DNA of 41,648 nucleotides from Promethearchaeota archaeon (GTDB taxonomy: Archaea > Asgardarchaeota > Lokiarchaeia > Sigyniarchaeales > SOKP01). Under the pieces are notes generated by a model. The model was not told the origin of the DNA. It saw only the letters and a program-made list of their open reading frames with translations, and ran no database searches. The position numbers and the translations under genes are program-made. Positions 25,431-35,179 of this stretch are shown in pieces; position 1 is the first letter of the stretch, and each line of letters begins with the position of its first letter. The DNA lies in assembly GCA_030599585.1 (NCBI GenBank), contig JAUVNS010000026.1, forward strand, positions 1-41,648, written 5' to 3'.

Positions 25431-25655
25431 TTAAGTTCTTTCTTCGTAATTTTTTCTAACAAAAATATAGAGTAATAAGCCAAACACGCCTAGAAAAAAA
25501 CCAATTGTTAACCAGAATTCGCTATTTTTTATTTCCCTCTTAATTGCGTCCTTATGCATAAACTTAGCAATTAATAGATGTACGACAAATAAGACAATTC
25601 CTCCCACTAGCATATAAATCCAGTGATAAGGACTGAAGGTATATTGTAAAATCAT
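25431..25655 (-). CDS. Small membrane protein, paralog of 25028..25306
   Basis: HKDAIKREIKNSEFW...VRKNY aligns with HKDALRRGIKNSELW...VRNSY. Confidence 0.8.
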   Translation of the reverse strand: MILQYTFSPYHWIYMLVGGIVLFVVHLLIAKFMHKDAIKREIKNSEFWLTIGFFLGVFGLLLYIFVRKNYEERT

Positions 25656-25808
25656 TTTTCAAATCACATTCTTGTTGTTAATTTTTTTTCATTATTAATT
25701 TAATCATGAAAATAAGTTGTTCTAAATAAATATGTCTCTTATCAAACGAAAGAATTACATAAGTAATTGTGAAAGGATTTAGTAATATCCACTGATGAGA
25801 AAGACTTT

Positions 25809-26189
25809 TTACTTCTTCTTCTCGCGATATTTTTTAATAGCATCTTGAAGAGCATCAGCTGCTAAATTGGAGCAATGCATCTTAATCGGAGGTAAGCCAT
25901 CTAAAGATATAGCCACATCGTTTTTAGTAATTTTAAAAGCTTCATCAAGCGTTTTACCCTTGGCTAATTCTGTCATCATAGAAGAGGTTGCGATTGCGGC
26001 AGCGCATCCAAAGGTCTGAAATGATATATCACTTATTATTTCCTTTCCATCCCTTTCTTCAACTTTAATATAAATATACATGAGATCTCCACATACAGGA
26101 TTGCCTTTTTCTCCAATTGAATCGGCATCTTTCATTTCTCCCATATTTCGTGGATCTCGAAAGTGATCCATAACTTTTTCAGAATATAT
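25809..26189 (-). CDS. iscU: Fe-S cluster scaffold IscU/NifU-N
   Basis: DHF..PRN.G, NPVCGD, FGCAAAIA, LPPIKMHCS. The conserved YSEKV continues upstream of ATG 26171 to an ATA codon at 26189. Confidence 0.95.
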   Translation of the reverse strand: MYSEKVMDHFRDPRNMGEMKDADSIGEKGNPVCGDLMYIYIKVEERDGKEIISDISFQTFGCAAAIATSSMMTELAKGKTLDEAFKITKNDVAISLDGLPPIKMHCSNLAADALQDAIKKYREKKK

Positions 26190-26307
26190 GTTTAATCAAC
26201 GCTTTTACTATTTTCTAATATATTATAAAAAAAATATCCTTAAAATTAATTTTTTATGATTTTGATGTGATCAATAGTAAATTGGTAATTACATCAATAG
26301 AGTAGAA

Positions 26308-28704
26308 TTAATTTAATATCAAGAGTTTTCTTTTCTTGGGTAAGTTTACCTTTTCAACACCTAACTCCTTTACATAATCCACTACTTTAATAAGTTTTTT
26401 TATCGATTGATGAAAAAAACATACTTCTTTAGGTTCAAGGATCTTTATCATTTCTGTGAGTTGAGCTTTGTCCGCGTGTAATTTAATTTTTAATTGAGGC
26501 ATAAAAGTATTGATTAAAAATGCTCTAAAGGGAGCTTTCCAGGTCTCCGAAAATTCTATCTCGGTTCCTCCAGATATTAAATCCATGCCAGGTTGTTCGT
26601 GAATCGCTCCTGCGAGAAACACTAAGTTATGAGGATTCCGACCGACCACATTAATAATATTTCTGATTAATCCATAAGAAAGATCGGGTGGATGTGAAAT
26701 GATTATATTGTTTTTATTCCTTAGAAACTCTAAATCCTTTCGATCAAACCATCTAAATTTGATGCTATTAAATGGATTTGCTTTATCTCTTATCAATCTC
26801 GAAATTGGACCGTAAATATATTCATATCGATGATTAATGACTTGAATGTTTTTCCTTACCATCATGTCGACATAGATGTTTGGCCGTTTTGTGTATCCTT
26901 TTCGTAATTGGAGTTTACGAAAATAACGCCAAAATGTTAGCATAAAACTTATTGCTAAACTTGATGGATCAGCTCCAATTAACACGTTATCTTCGTACTC
27001 AGCTTTCTGTTCTAAAAACAGAATTAAACTGTGAAACTGATCAGCTATATTTCCGTATTCTTCTTGTGCAGCAGTTCCATCAATTAAGAGATAGTCAATA
27101 GGCCGCGAAATTTGTTCTAAAAAACGCTTAGTTCCTGCAAATGGCGTTATGTCGTAATAAGTATAGTCTCCCGTATACAAAAAGCGAAAATCATTAACTT
27201 TAGCCAAGAACATGAGTGCACCTGGCATATGACCGGCATGGAAAAATGATAAGAAACAATTTTTCTCTTTAAACTCTAGTTTGTCACCGTTTTCTACATA
27301 AATTACATTTTCAACGATTTTACGGTATTCTTCTTCTTCAATAAAATCGTTTTGTTCCTGTTTTAAGTAATGGGAATCTCTTAGAAGAAATAAATCTAAT
27401 GTGATGCGCGAACATAATATTGGAAGTTCAGGATTTAACTTTATTAGCTTCTTTAACCCCGAGACGTGATCAAAATGACTATGTGAGATAAAGACAGCAT
27501 CAATTTTTGGTAAATAAGGAAGCAGAGATTCATTTTCATCACTATCTGATTTCTCATTCTCTGCTTCTGAAATTAATTGAGGGAGGTTCTGGATATAATC
27601 ATCAATATGCTTAAAATCATCAGGTTTTGTTAAATTCTTTTCTTGTTCAGCTTCTTCTTCACTATTTACATCTTTTTCAATCTCGAGTTCATCACGTTGT
27701 TCAGTAGGTTCTGATTGTTCATTTGCTACTTCATTCTGTATTATCTTGGGCTCAGAAATTCCACAGTCTAATAATATATTAAGTTTACCTAAACCTAAGA
27801 TGTGACAATTATGATTTGGTTTTAAAACAATTGGATATATGGTAACTCTCAACTTTTCATCTTTATTTCCGGCTGAAAGTGATAAATCTTTAAAATAATC
27901 GACATCAAACTTTCTTTCGATTTTATCAATAGCTTTCGAGATATCACTTTCTCCAACGGGGACACCAGTGATATAAAAGTACCAACCATATTTCTTTACC
28001 ATACTTTTTAAGTGTTCATACATCTTATCTCCTATTAAGGATTTAACGACTATGACCCTTTCTTTTTGGTAATAGATGATTTTTCCAATAGATTTCTTCT
28101 CCTTCGTAGGGATGTCTTTATTTTCCATTAAAAAGTCATGCAAAACTTCTTTAATTGGTTTTTGTGTTATTTTATCTGATTTAATAATCTTTAAATATCG
28201 AATGTACTCTCTTGAATGATATAATGAACGCATATTTTCTTTTTCTTTTAAAGGAATAGACAACTCTCCAAGATGGAGCATTTCTTTGCTTATGGTTACT
28301 TCTTCCTTTTTCGGTTCTCTTTTTTTTTTTTCTTTTTTTGCTTTAGAAGGTTTTGTTTTTGGTTTGGAAACGTAAAAAAACCAACCGTATAAATAGATTA
28401 ATTTATTTCTCTTCCAAATAATATCTTGTCCAAGAGATGTGTTTAAAATAATAATCCTGTCGTTTGGTGAGTATATTATTTTTGAGATGGAATTTTTTGT
28501 TTTTGTGCTTATTTCTTTATTTTCAGTGAATAGGTGATTTAATACATCTAAAATTGGTTTTTGAGGTATTTTCTTGCTTTCCATTAGTTTCAATTTCTCG
28601 CTATATGACCTAACTTTATAGGCAGAACCTAGTTCTTCCCTTTTCTCGAGTTCTATTGTTTTTTCTAAAAATTTAAATTCCTCAATGGCCATTAAGATTA
28701 ACAA
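26308..28704 (-). CDS. Metallo-beta-lactamase/beta-CASP nuclease, divergent aCPSF1-like with duplicated N-terminal domain
   Basis: LLDCG, SHSHFDH, AGHMPG, YTGD, IDGT, LHAD and FFHQ motifs; two internal N-terminal repeats each ending YGW.FY. Confidence 0.85.
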   Translation of the reverse strand: MLILMAIEEFKFLEKTIELEKREELGSAYKVRSYSEKLKLMESKKIPQKPILDVLNHLFTENKEISTKTKNSISKIIYSPNDRIIILNTSLGQDIIWKRNKLIYLYGWFFYVSKPKTKPSKAKKEKKKREPKKEEVTISKEMLHLGELSIPLKEKENMRSLYHSREYIRYLKIIKSDKITQKPIKEVLHDFLMENKDIPTKEKKSIGKIIYYQKERVIVVKSLIGDKMYEHLKSMVKKYGWYFYITGVPVGESDISKAIDKIERKFDVDYFKDLSLSAGNKDEKLRVTIYPIVLKPNHNCHILGLGKLNILLDCGISEPKIIQNEVANEQSEPTEQRDELEIEKDVNSEEEAEQEKNLTKPDDFKHIDDYIQNLPQLISEAENEKSDSDENESLLPYLPKIDAVFISHSHFDHVSGLKKLIKLNPELPILCSRITLDLFLLRDSHYLKQEQNDFIEEEEYRKIVENVIYVENGDKLEFKEKNCFLSFFHAGHMPGALMFLAKVNDFRFLYTGDYTYYDITPFAGTKRFLEQISRPIDYLLIDGTAAQEEYGNIADQFHSLILFLEQKAEYEDNVLIGADPSSLAISFMLTFWRYFRKLQLRKGYTKRPNIYVDMMVRKNIQVINHRYEYIYGPISRLIRDKANPFNSIKFRWFDRKDLEFLRNKNNIIISHPPDLSYGLIRNIINVVGRNPHNLVFLAGAIHEQPGMDLISGGTEIEFSETWKAPFRAFLINTFMPQLKIKLHADKAQLTEMIKILEPKEVCFFHQSIKKLIKVVDYVKELGVEKVNLPKKRKLLILN

Positions 28705-28863
28705 TTTAACAAGGAAAAAAACAATTTCGATTTTCGATTGATCTTCGGTTAAAAAAAACAGATGAAGTTCTTATAGAATATTAGAATTCTTGTTAGGGGT
28801 TTTTAATTCGTTTGATCACGCTATAAATGCGAGAAGCTTTAAAATTACGGTATATGATAATAT

Positions 28864-29541
28864 TTATTGATAAAGTTTAATTACCTTTTCAAGATCGACT
28901 GGTCCATTAATATTAATTAAGGAAACTAAATTTTGATCAAGTGGCTTTATGGATTCTTCAACAGATATATAATTAATATTTAACGATTCGTCGATTATCT
29001 TATTTAACGCGTAATTGCGTTCTTGAATTGATTTTTTCGCAAGTTTAAAAGTACTACTGACAGGGTAAATCGCAAAAAGAGGTTCTAAATAACCATTATT
29101 CCATCTTGGGATAATACAGTCATATCCCTTAACTGTGTTAATCATAAGTTCAATTACTTTCGGTTTGATTAAAGGCATATCTCCAGATAAAAGAAATCCT
29201 TTTTCGAACCCTAATCTATCTAACTCTTTAAAGCCAGAATAAATACCTAACATTGGAGTTCTTAACTCATTATCTTCTAAAATTTCTGTATCGTCAACGA
29301 CGAATTTAATATCTCGTGGAAAATTTATTTTTTTATAATAAGAGTTAATTTGATATTCTGAGTTAGCAACCAAAAAAACATCTTCGTCAAATTTAGAAAG
29401 CGTCTCTATTTGGTGCAAAATTAGCGGTTTTCCGAGTACTTCAATAACGGCAGCAGACTCATTTCCGAATCTGATGTTCTTTCCGCCTATTAGTATTATT
29501 ATAGCAAGTTTTTTTTCTACATTCATTTCAATTATTACCAA
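28864..29541 (-). CDS. mobA: Molybdenum cofactor guanylyltransferase
   Basis: ILIGGKNIRFG, GDMP, EPLFAIY and NIN...DL motifs. Confidence 0.85.
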   Translation of the reverse strand: MVIIEMNVEKKLAIIILIGGKNIRFGNESAAVIEVLGKPLILHQIETLSKFDEDVFLVANSEYQINSYYKKINFPRDIKFVVDDTEILEDNELRTPMLGIYSGFKELDRLGFEKGFLLSGDMPLIKPKVIELMINTVKGYDCIIPRWNNGYLEPLFAIYPVSSTFKLAKKSIQERNYALNKIIDESLNINYISVEESIKPLDQNLVSLININGPVDLEKVIKLYQ

Positions 29542-29567
29542 GTTTTGCTTATTGTATTATTTAATTT

Positions 29568-30758
29568 TTAGTTAATTGTAAGAGGTGACATTTTTCTAAG
29601 CCTATCGATTATTGGCGGTAGTTTTTCCAAAAAATAATCTACTTCATCATCTGTAGTGAACCTTCCAACTGTCACCCTTAAAGAACCATGAGCTTCTTGA
29701 GGTTTCAAACCTATTGCTAATAGAACATGGGAGGGATCTAATGACTTTGAGGAACAGGCGGATCCTGTAGATGCGGCTATGCCCTCTGAATCCAAATCTA
29801 ATACGATTGATTCTCCTTCTATAAATCTTATACCCAAATTAACATTATTAGGCAATCTCTTAGTAGGATGTCCGTTTAGATAGGTATCTCCAATATTTTC
29901 TAACACATTTTTTATAATCTTATCTCTATAATTGGTTTGTATTTCAATTTCTTTTAGCATTTCTTCTTTAGCCAATTCTACTGCTTTAGCGAATCCGGCT
30001 ATACCGGGAACATTTATTGTGCTTGGTCTCATATCTCTTTCGTGTCCACCACCATACATTAAAGGTTCAATATATTTTCCCCAGCCCTCTCTAACACCTT
30101 TATTCCGTATATACAACATCCCTACACCCTTAGGACCATATATTTTGTGAGCAGCCGCTGAAAGTAAATCGATGTTCATTGCTTCAACATCTATCGGGAT
30201 TTTCCCAAACGCTTGAACTGCGTCGGTATGGAACACTACATCGTGTTTCTTTGCTATAGCTCCGATTTCTTTAATAGGTTCTATCGTTCCTATTTCGTTA
30301 TTAGCGAACATAACACTAATAAGAGTAGTTTCGTCGGTAATCATATCTTCCAGTTCTCTTAGATCTATTAAGCCGTACTTATCGACGGGTAAGAATGTTG
30401 TACTAAATCCCTTCTTCTTTAAACTTTTGCACGTGTTTTCAACTGCGTGATGCTCTAACGCTGATGTGATGATATGTTTACCACGATTTTGATTTTTAAG
30501 CGCAACACCTAAAATCGCAATATTATCTGCTTCCGTACCAGAGGAAGTGAATATTATCTCATCTCTCTTAGCATTTATTAAAGATGCAACGGTTTCTCGG
30601 GATTTAACTAACGTTTGTGCAGCTTTTTGACCAATAGAATGCAAGCTTGAGGAATTTCCGTAGGAAGTTTTAAAATGTTCGTTCATTACTTCAATTACTC
30701 GCGGATCCATTGGAGTAGTAGCAGCATAATCAAGATAAACATACCTGGACGCATTCAT
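29568..30758 (-). CDS. iscS: Cysteine desulfurase IscS/NifS
   Basis: YLDYAATTP, HTDAVQ, PLP lysine AHKIYGPKG and catalytic GSACSS. Confidence 0.95.
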   Translation of the reverse strand: MNASRYVYLDYAATTPMDPRVIEVMNEHFKTSYGNSSSLHSIGQKAAQTLVKSRETVASLINAKRDEIIFTSSGTEADNIAILGVALKNQNRGKHIITSALEHHAVENTCKSLKKKGFSTTFLPVDKYGLIDLRELEDMITDETTLISVMFANNEIGTIEPIKEIGAIAKKHDVVFHTDAVQAFGKIPIDVEAMNIDLLSAAAHKIYGPKGVGMLYIRNKGVREGWGKYIEPLMYGGGHERDMRPSTINVPGIAGFAKAVELAKEEMLKEIEIQTNYRDKIIKNVLENIGDTYLNGHPTKRLPNNVNLGIRFIEGESIVLDLDSEGIAASTGSACSSKSLDPSHVLLAIGLKPQEAHGSLRVTVGRFTTDDEVDYFLEKLPPIIDRLRKMSPLTIN

Positions 30759-30911
30759 AATTCCTATTGCTTACTTTTTTTAGGTTCTTCTATTTTAATA
30801 AATATATTACTTAATCTAATAACTCTTACCATTAGGTTTTATATACAAAGGTAAATTCTTTAAAAAGTATATTTCCAATTACATTATTTAATTAAAGGAG
30901 TTGAATTTCAA

Positions 30912-31460
30912 GTGGTAAAAATGCTTTGGGGTATTACAGGAACTGGTTTCGTCCTTCAAGAATCGATAGATTTGATGAAAGAAATACAAGAAGATTTTGG
31001 CGTAAAACTAACAGTGATATTATCCAAAGAAGGTGCGGCTGTTGTAAAATGGTACAGAAAGTGGTTGTCTTTAACAGAAGTAGTTGAAAAAGTTAAAGTA
31101 GAAAAAACCCCTAACATTCCATTTTATGCTGGTCCTTTACAACTTGGAAAATACGATCTATTCTTAGTAAGTCCCGTATCTGCAAACACAGTTGCCAAGG
31201 TTGCTTATGGAATCGCTGATACTCTGATCACTAATTGCGTTGCTCAAGCAATTAAGGGGGGCCAAACAGTCTATATATTCCCATCAGATCAAGAATCAAA
31301 ACCTATTAAAACTTCTCGACCTGATGGAACGCCGTTAGTATTGAAAATAAGAGATATCGAACTAGAAAACATTAAGAAATTGAAAACAATGGAAGGAATT
31401 ATAGTGCTTTCTGAATTTAAAGACATTCGAAATCTTATCATTGAGAAAGTTAATCAGTAA
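30912..31460 (+). CDS. afpA: Archaeal flavoprotein (HFCD family, AfpA/DmrX-like)
   Basis: WGITGTG and SANTVAKVAYGIADTLITN motifs; RBS AAGGAG, GTG start. Confidence 0.75.
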   Translation: MVKMLWGITGTGFVLQESIDLMKEIQEDFGVKLTVILSKEGAAVVKWYRKWLSLTEVVEKVKVEKTPNIPFYAGPLQLGKYDLFLVSPVSANTVAKVAYGIADTLITNCVAQAIKGGQTVYIFPSDQESKPIKTSRPDGTPLVLKIRDIELENIKKLKTMEGIIVLSEFKDIRNLIIEKVNQ

Positions 31461-31546
31461 CCTTAGTTTTAATCAAAACAATTACTAAAAATCATTTTTA
31501 ATATCTCAAAAGATTTTTATTCTTAATTATACATTTAGAGATTATT

Positions 31547-32071
31547 ATGACATTAAGCTCTCAGAATGATGGTCATCCTGTTGAAATAAAAGAAACCATG
31601 AAGATAACCTTTTACATAGTAATTTTTATTATTGGCGTTCTTTTGATTTTTCTACTGACAGTTTCTTTCACAGTTATACCACCTTTAGGTGAACAATACA
31701 TCATAATTCTAAATATTGTAATATGGGCAATAGGTGGGGCAACAGCTCTTATAATTTTATATACTGTTAAAGATTTCCTCAAAATTCGATATTTTAGCTT
31801 ATCAAACGAGAGTATTGAATTTAATGTTCCTTACAAGCCTAAATTCGTAATTTTCTGGAAAGATATTAGAAGTATTAAAGTAACTAAGAAAACTGTGGTT
31901 GCAGGTAAAGTAAGACGTAAATTCTTTGTTCTCTCTTTTGATACAAAAGAGGAAGAAAAGGTGTTTAAATTAGAAAAAGGCCGAGATTTTCGCTTCAGAA
32001 CAGCTAATCAGATACTACTTTATATTGAGGAGTATGCAAATAAACTCAATAAACAGTACTTACAAGAATAA
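31547..32071 (+). CDS. Two-TM protein with PH-like cytoplasmic domain
   Basis: Two TM helices, then FVIFWKDIRSIKV, a bacterial-PH-like pattern. Confidence 0.65.
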   Translation: MTLSSQNDGHPVEIKETMKITFYIVIFIIGVLLIFLLTVSFTVIPPLGEQYIIILNIVIWAIGGATALIILYTVKDFLKIRYFSLSNESIEFNVPYKPKFVIFWKDIRSIKVTKKTVVAGKVRRKFFVLSFDTKEEEKVFKLEKGRDFRFRTANQILLYIEEYANKLNKQYLQE

Positions 32072-32163
32072 CAAGCTAATTTTATCTTTTTCTCTATATT
32101 TTATCTTTCTAATAATTAAATTCAAAAAATTAAGTAGAAATTTTAAAAATTTCGGGTTAACCG

Positions 32164-32604
32164 CTAAGCTCCATATATAACAGGCTGAATAGCCTTTTCA
32201 GGACAAGCTTTTTCGCATTTTTGACAGCCTTGGCATTTCGCGATTTCCTTAAACTTAAATCTAATACCTACATCTTCCTTATCGCCTTTTTTTACAGAAC
32301 CTATATAAAAAAGATTTTGAGGACAAAAGCCACCATCTTGATCTATACATTTCTCGCACATTGAACACTTTGCATGGTCAATTTTGATGCTGACGATTTG
32401 TTCGGGATGTTCAATCGAAGTAACTTGTATAGCGTTTCGAGGACATACCAAAACGCAGGATAAGCAAGCAACACATTTTGAGTAGTCAATTTTGCGAATT
32501 CCGTGTTCAAAATAGATTGCATTGGCTCTACAAGCTCGCAAACACCGCTCGCATTTTAAACACAATTCCTGATCGATTTGAACCGGGATAAATTTTTCCT
32601 TAAT
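32164..32604 (-). CDS. Polyferredoxin (multiple 4Fe-4S motifs)
   Basis: CLKCERC...C, CVACLSC...CP, CSMCEKC...CP and CQGCQKC...CP. The frame extends to ATT 32604, 8 nt after GAGGT. Confidence 0.9.
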   Translation of the reverse strand: MKEKFIPVQIDQELCLKCERCLRACRANAIYFEHGIRKIDYSKCVACLSCVLVCPRNAIQVTSIEHPEQIVSIKIDHAKCSMCEKCIDQDGGFCPQNLFYIGSVKKGDKEDVGIRFKFKEIAKCQGCQKCEKACPEKAIQPVIYGA

Positions 32605-32727
32605 AAGCGTTTACCTCAATTGAAAGTTTGAGTTATTTAAATAAATTAACCAATAAAATTAAAATTAGTTTTTATAAAAAAAAATGTTTCTCCAGTCTGA
32701 ACCGATAAAAAAATTGAAATAAAATAA

Positions 32728-33522
32728 TTATTGAAAATATCGACTGTAGCCTTCCTTTGGGTGTTCCGGTAATTGTTGTTGGTTTTGATATTGTTGAGCT
32801 TTTTCGGCTAACTCAAGCATTTTAGCCTTAATATCTTTACCTTCTTCGATTAATTTAGCCGTTTCAATATCCAAACTATAGATTCTATTTAAGACTTCTA
32901 TTATTGCGGCGGCAGCTTCAGGTGTTGGAATTTCTAAAACAGGAGTGAAAAGTGCGTATGCGTTTAATTTGCTCGATAATGCCTCGTTCAAAACTGTCGC
33001 TTCAGCTCCAACTATAATCCCTTTCTCTACCTTCTTTATATCGTATTTCTCCAAACCTTCGACCATATCCGCTTCCGCTGCGTAATACACAGGATAATCG
33101 TCAATTATACCCCGTTGAGGAATTCCCTGAAAGATGACAACTTCTTTCGCTTTTACATCTTCAGAGAGCAACCAATTGTTAATAGTTTTTGACAAATCGT
33201 TATACGCAGTAGCTACTTGAAAAGGAACTTCTGATATTCCAACTATGAGATTATGCATAGGAGAATAATATATTCTAAACGGATGTTTTAATACTCCATC
33301 GTAAAAGACGGAAATTGGGGGCAAATACTCACTGGTGACAAATCCCAACTCGGTAATGTCTGGAATTTGCTCAATTAAAGTGTTTGACACGATCGGTCCT
33401 ATTAATCCTACCCCAGCAAAACCTAAAATCATAGTTGCTCCTTCTTTTATCTCAGTTTTTAGGTCTTCAATGATAATTGAAGATTTTTTACCCTTTTCAC
33501 ATATATATTCCTTTTTTACCAT
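32728..33522 (-). CDS. Proteasome assembly chaperone PAC2 family protein
   Basis: GFAGVGLIGPI, LPPISV, HPFRIY, P.PEAAA.IIE. Confidence 0.9.
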   Translation of the reverse strand: MVKKEYICEKGKKSSIIIEDLKTEIKEGATMILGFAGVGLIGPIVSNTLIEQIPDITELGFVTSEYLPPISVFYDGVLKHPFRIYYSPMHNLIVGISEVPFQVATAYNDLSKTINNWLLSEDVKAKEVVIFQGIPQRGIIDDYPVYYAAEADMVEGLEKYDIKKVEKGIIVGAEATVLNEALSSKLNAYALFTPVLEIPTPEAAAAIIEVLNRIYSLDIETAKLIEEGKDIKAKMLELAEKAQQYQNQQQLPEHPKEGYSRYFQ

Positions 33523-33882
33523 AAATATCTTCTCTTGTATTAATAAGCCATTTAATTTTTACTTCTGATAGTATTTAGTTTTTTAATTATAATTTAAATG
33601 CTTACAATATTATTTAGTAAACATATCACTATTAAATTAACCTATTATGAATTCTTAAGGATTTTTTATCTGTTAAGTATTTAAAAAACAATTACAGCAT
33701 ATTTCCAACTAAAATATTACTAAATGTTGAGGATTCATACTCTCAGTGAAGTATCGCATTTCAGCTACCTTATGTTTTATAAAAATTAATAGCACCCCAA
33801 ATAAAAAAAATAGGTCTTATCAAGCATATTTTTATTTTTTATGATGTGGAGAGATAAATATTCTATTCTTCAAGGATCGATC

Positions 33883-34014
33883 ATGAATAAAACAGAAAAT
33901 AAGAAAAAATGGGATTTAATAAAGGAAAAAAAATCTGATATACTTGGAATCACAGGTTTTTTCGCTGCGCTAACCTTTTTAATCTTGTTAGGAAGTCTTG
34001 GCTTTTACTGGTAA
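33883..34014 (+). CDS. Unannotated 43-aa tail-anchored membrane microprotein
   Basis: MNKTENKKKWDLIKEKKSDILGITGFFAALTFLILLGSLGFYW; in-frame ATGs also at 33841 and 33844. Confidence 0.55.
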   Translation: MNKTENKKKWDLIKEKKSDILGITGFFAALTFLILLGSLGFYW

Positions 34015-34194
34015 TTAACAGTTCCTACATCATTGACAGCACATAACTCCAATTTTAAATATATTTTTCTTTATTATAATTCACTTTAGGTACCATAACC
34101 CCGTAAGTTAGGAGCGTTCTATTAGTACGATCCAAAATTTAAAATAAGAGTAGAACTATACTAATTTATAAAATTTAAGTTGTGAATATATAAG

Positions 34195-34713
34195 ATGGGA
34201 AAGAACAAGATAAAAGTTGGGGATAAAGCACCATCCTTTAAAATTGAGTCTTTTAATCAAGGATTGATTGATTTAAGTGAGTTAATAGGAGATCAAAAGA
34301 TCGTAGTAATTTTCTCGAGATACTTTGGCTGTCCTATTTGTCAATTAGATTTCAATATTTTGTTAGAAGCCGTTCCAGAAATAAAGGAAAAAGACGCAAA
34401 ACTACTCTATATAACCCAGTCTGGTGAAAAAGTAGCTAAAGAGTTTATTGAAAAATATAGTGTTGATTTTCCAATAATCCCTTCGTCCAAAAATGAGTTA
34501 TACGCAGAGTACGGATTAGGATTGATGACCGCTGGAGCAGTAACGAAAGTTAGAAGCAAGTTGAAAGAAGCTTCTAAGCTAGGAATTGGACACGGCGATT
34601 TTGAAGGTTGGGAGAAACAAGGTCCAGGCCAGTTTGTAATTGATGAACAAGGAAACATAATCCATGAAAGAAAGGGATGGTTATTGCTTCCAGAAATTTT
34701 TGCGGTTTTGTAA
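34195..34713 (+). CDS. Peroxiredoxin-like redoxin (AhpC/TSA family)
   Basis: VGDKAPSF, SRYFGCPIC, PGQFVID..G.I. Confidence 0.9.
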   Translation: MGKNKIKVGDKAPSFKIESFNQGLIDLSELIGDQKIVVIFSRYFGCPICQLDFNILLEAVPEIKEKDAKLLYITQSGEKVAKEFIEKYSVDFPIIPSSKNELYAEYGLGLMTAGAVTKVRSKLKEASKLGIGHGDFEGWEKQGPGQFVIDEQGNIIHERKGWLLLPEIFAVL

Positions 34714-34912
34714 TTAAGAAATCGTTTCAGATTTAAATTTAAACTCTTCTATATTCTTTATTTTTTATTAACCAAAGTTATTCTTTACAACTTTGAGTGA
34801 AATTGATTTAGTCGCTATTTCTGTTTATAAACGTATTACAAGCATATTATACAGATATAATATCTACATGGTGAGAATATATCATATAAAATGCATCTAG
34901 GGAATAATAATT

Positions 34913-35176
34913 ATGATTAGTTCAAGACTAACCGACACAGAACCAATTCTCAATCTTAAAGACCTATTTTATGATCGAAATATTAAGGCTGAAATCGTTG
35001 ACAAAATTAATCAGTTTCCTGGAAAAAATAAAAGAGCAAATCTAAACCTATTACAAGAAATTCAAACCGTGCTACAACGATGTACGCACTTAACGGAGAA
35101 ACAACGATTAATGTATTGCGAAAGTCAAAGATACTTCATGAAACAATATTTGCGTGAAATGAATAGGCAGCCTTAG
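34913..35176 (+). CDS. Hypothetical protein (87 aa)
   Basis: ATG-started ORF converging on the vWA gene with a 3-nt gap. Confidence 0.55.
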   Translation: MISSRLTDTEPILNLKDLFYDRNIKAEIVDKINQFPGKNKRANLNLLQEIQTVLQRCTHLTEKQRLMYCESQRYFMKQYLREMNRQP

Positions 35177-35179
35177 AAG

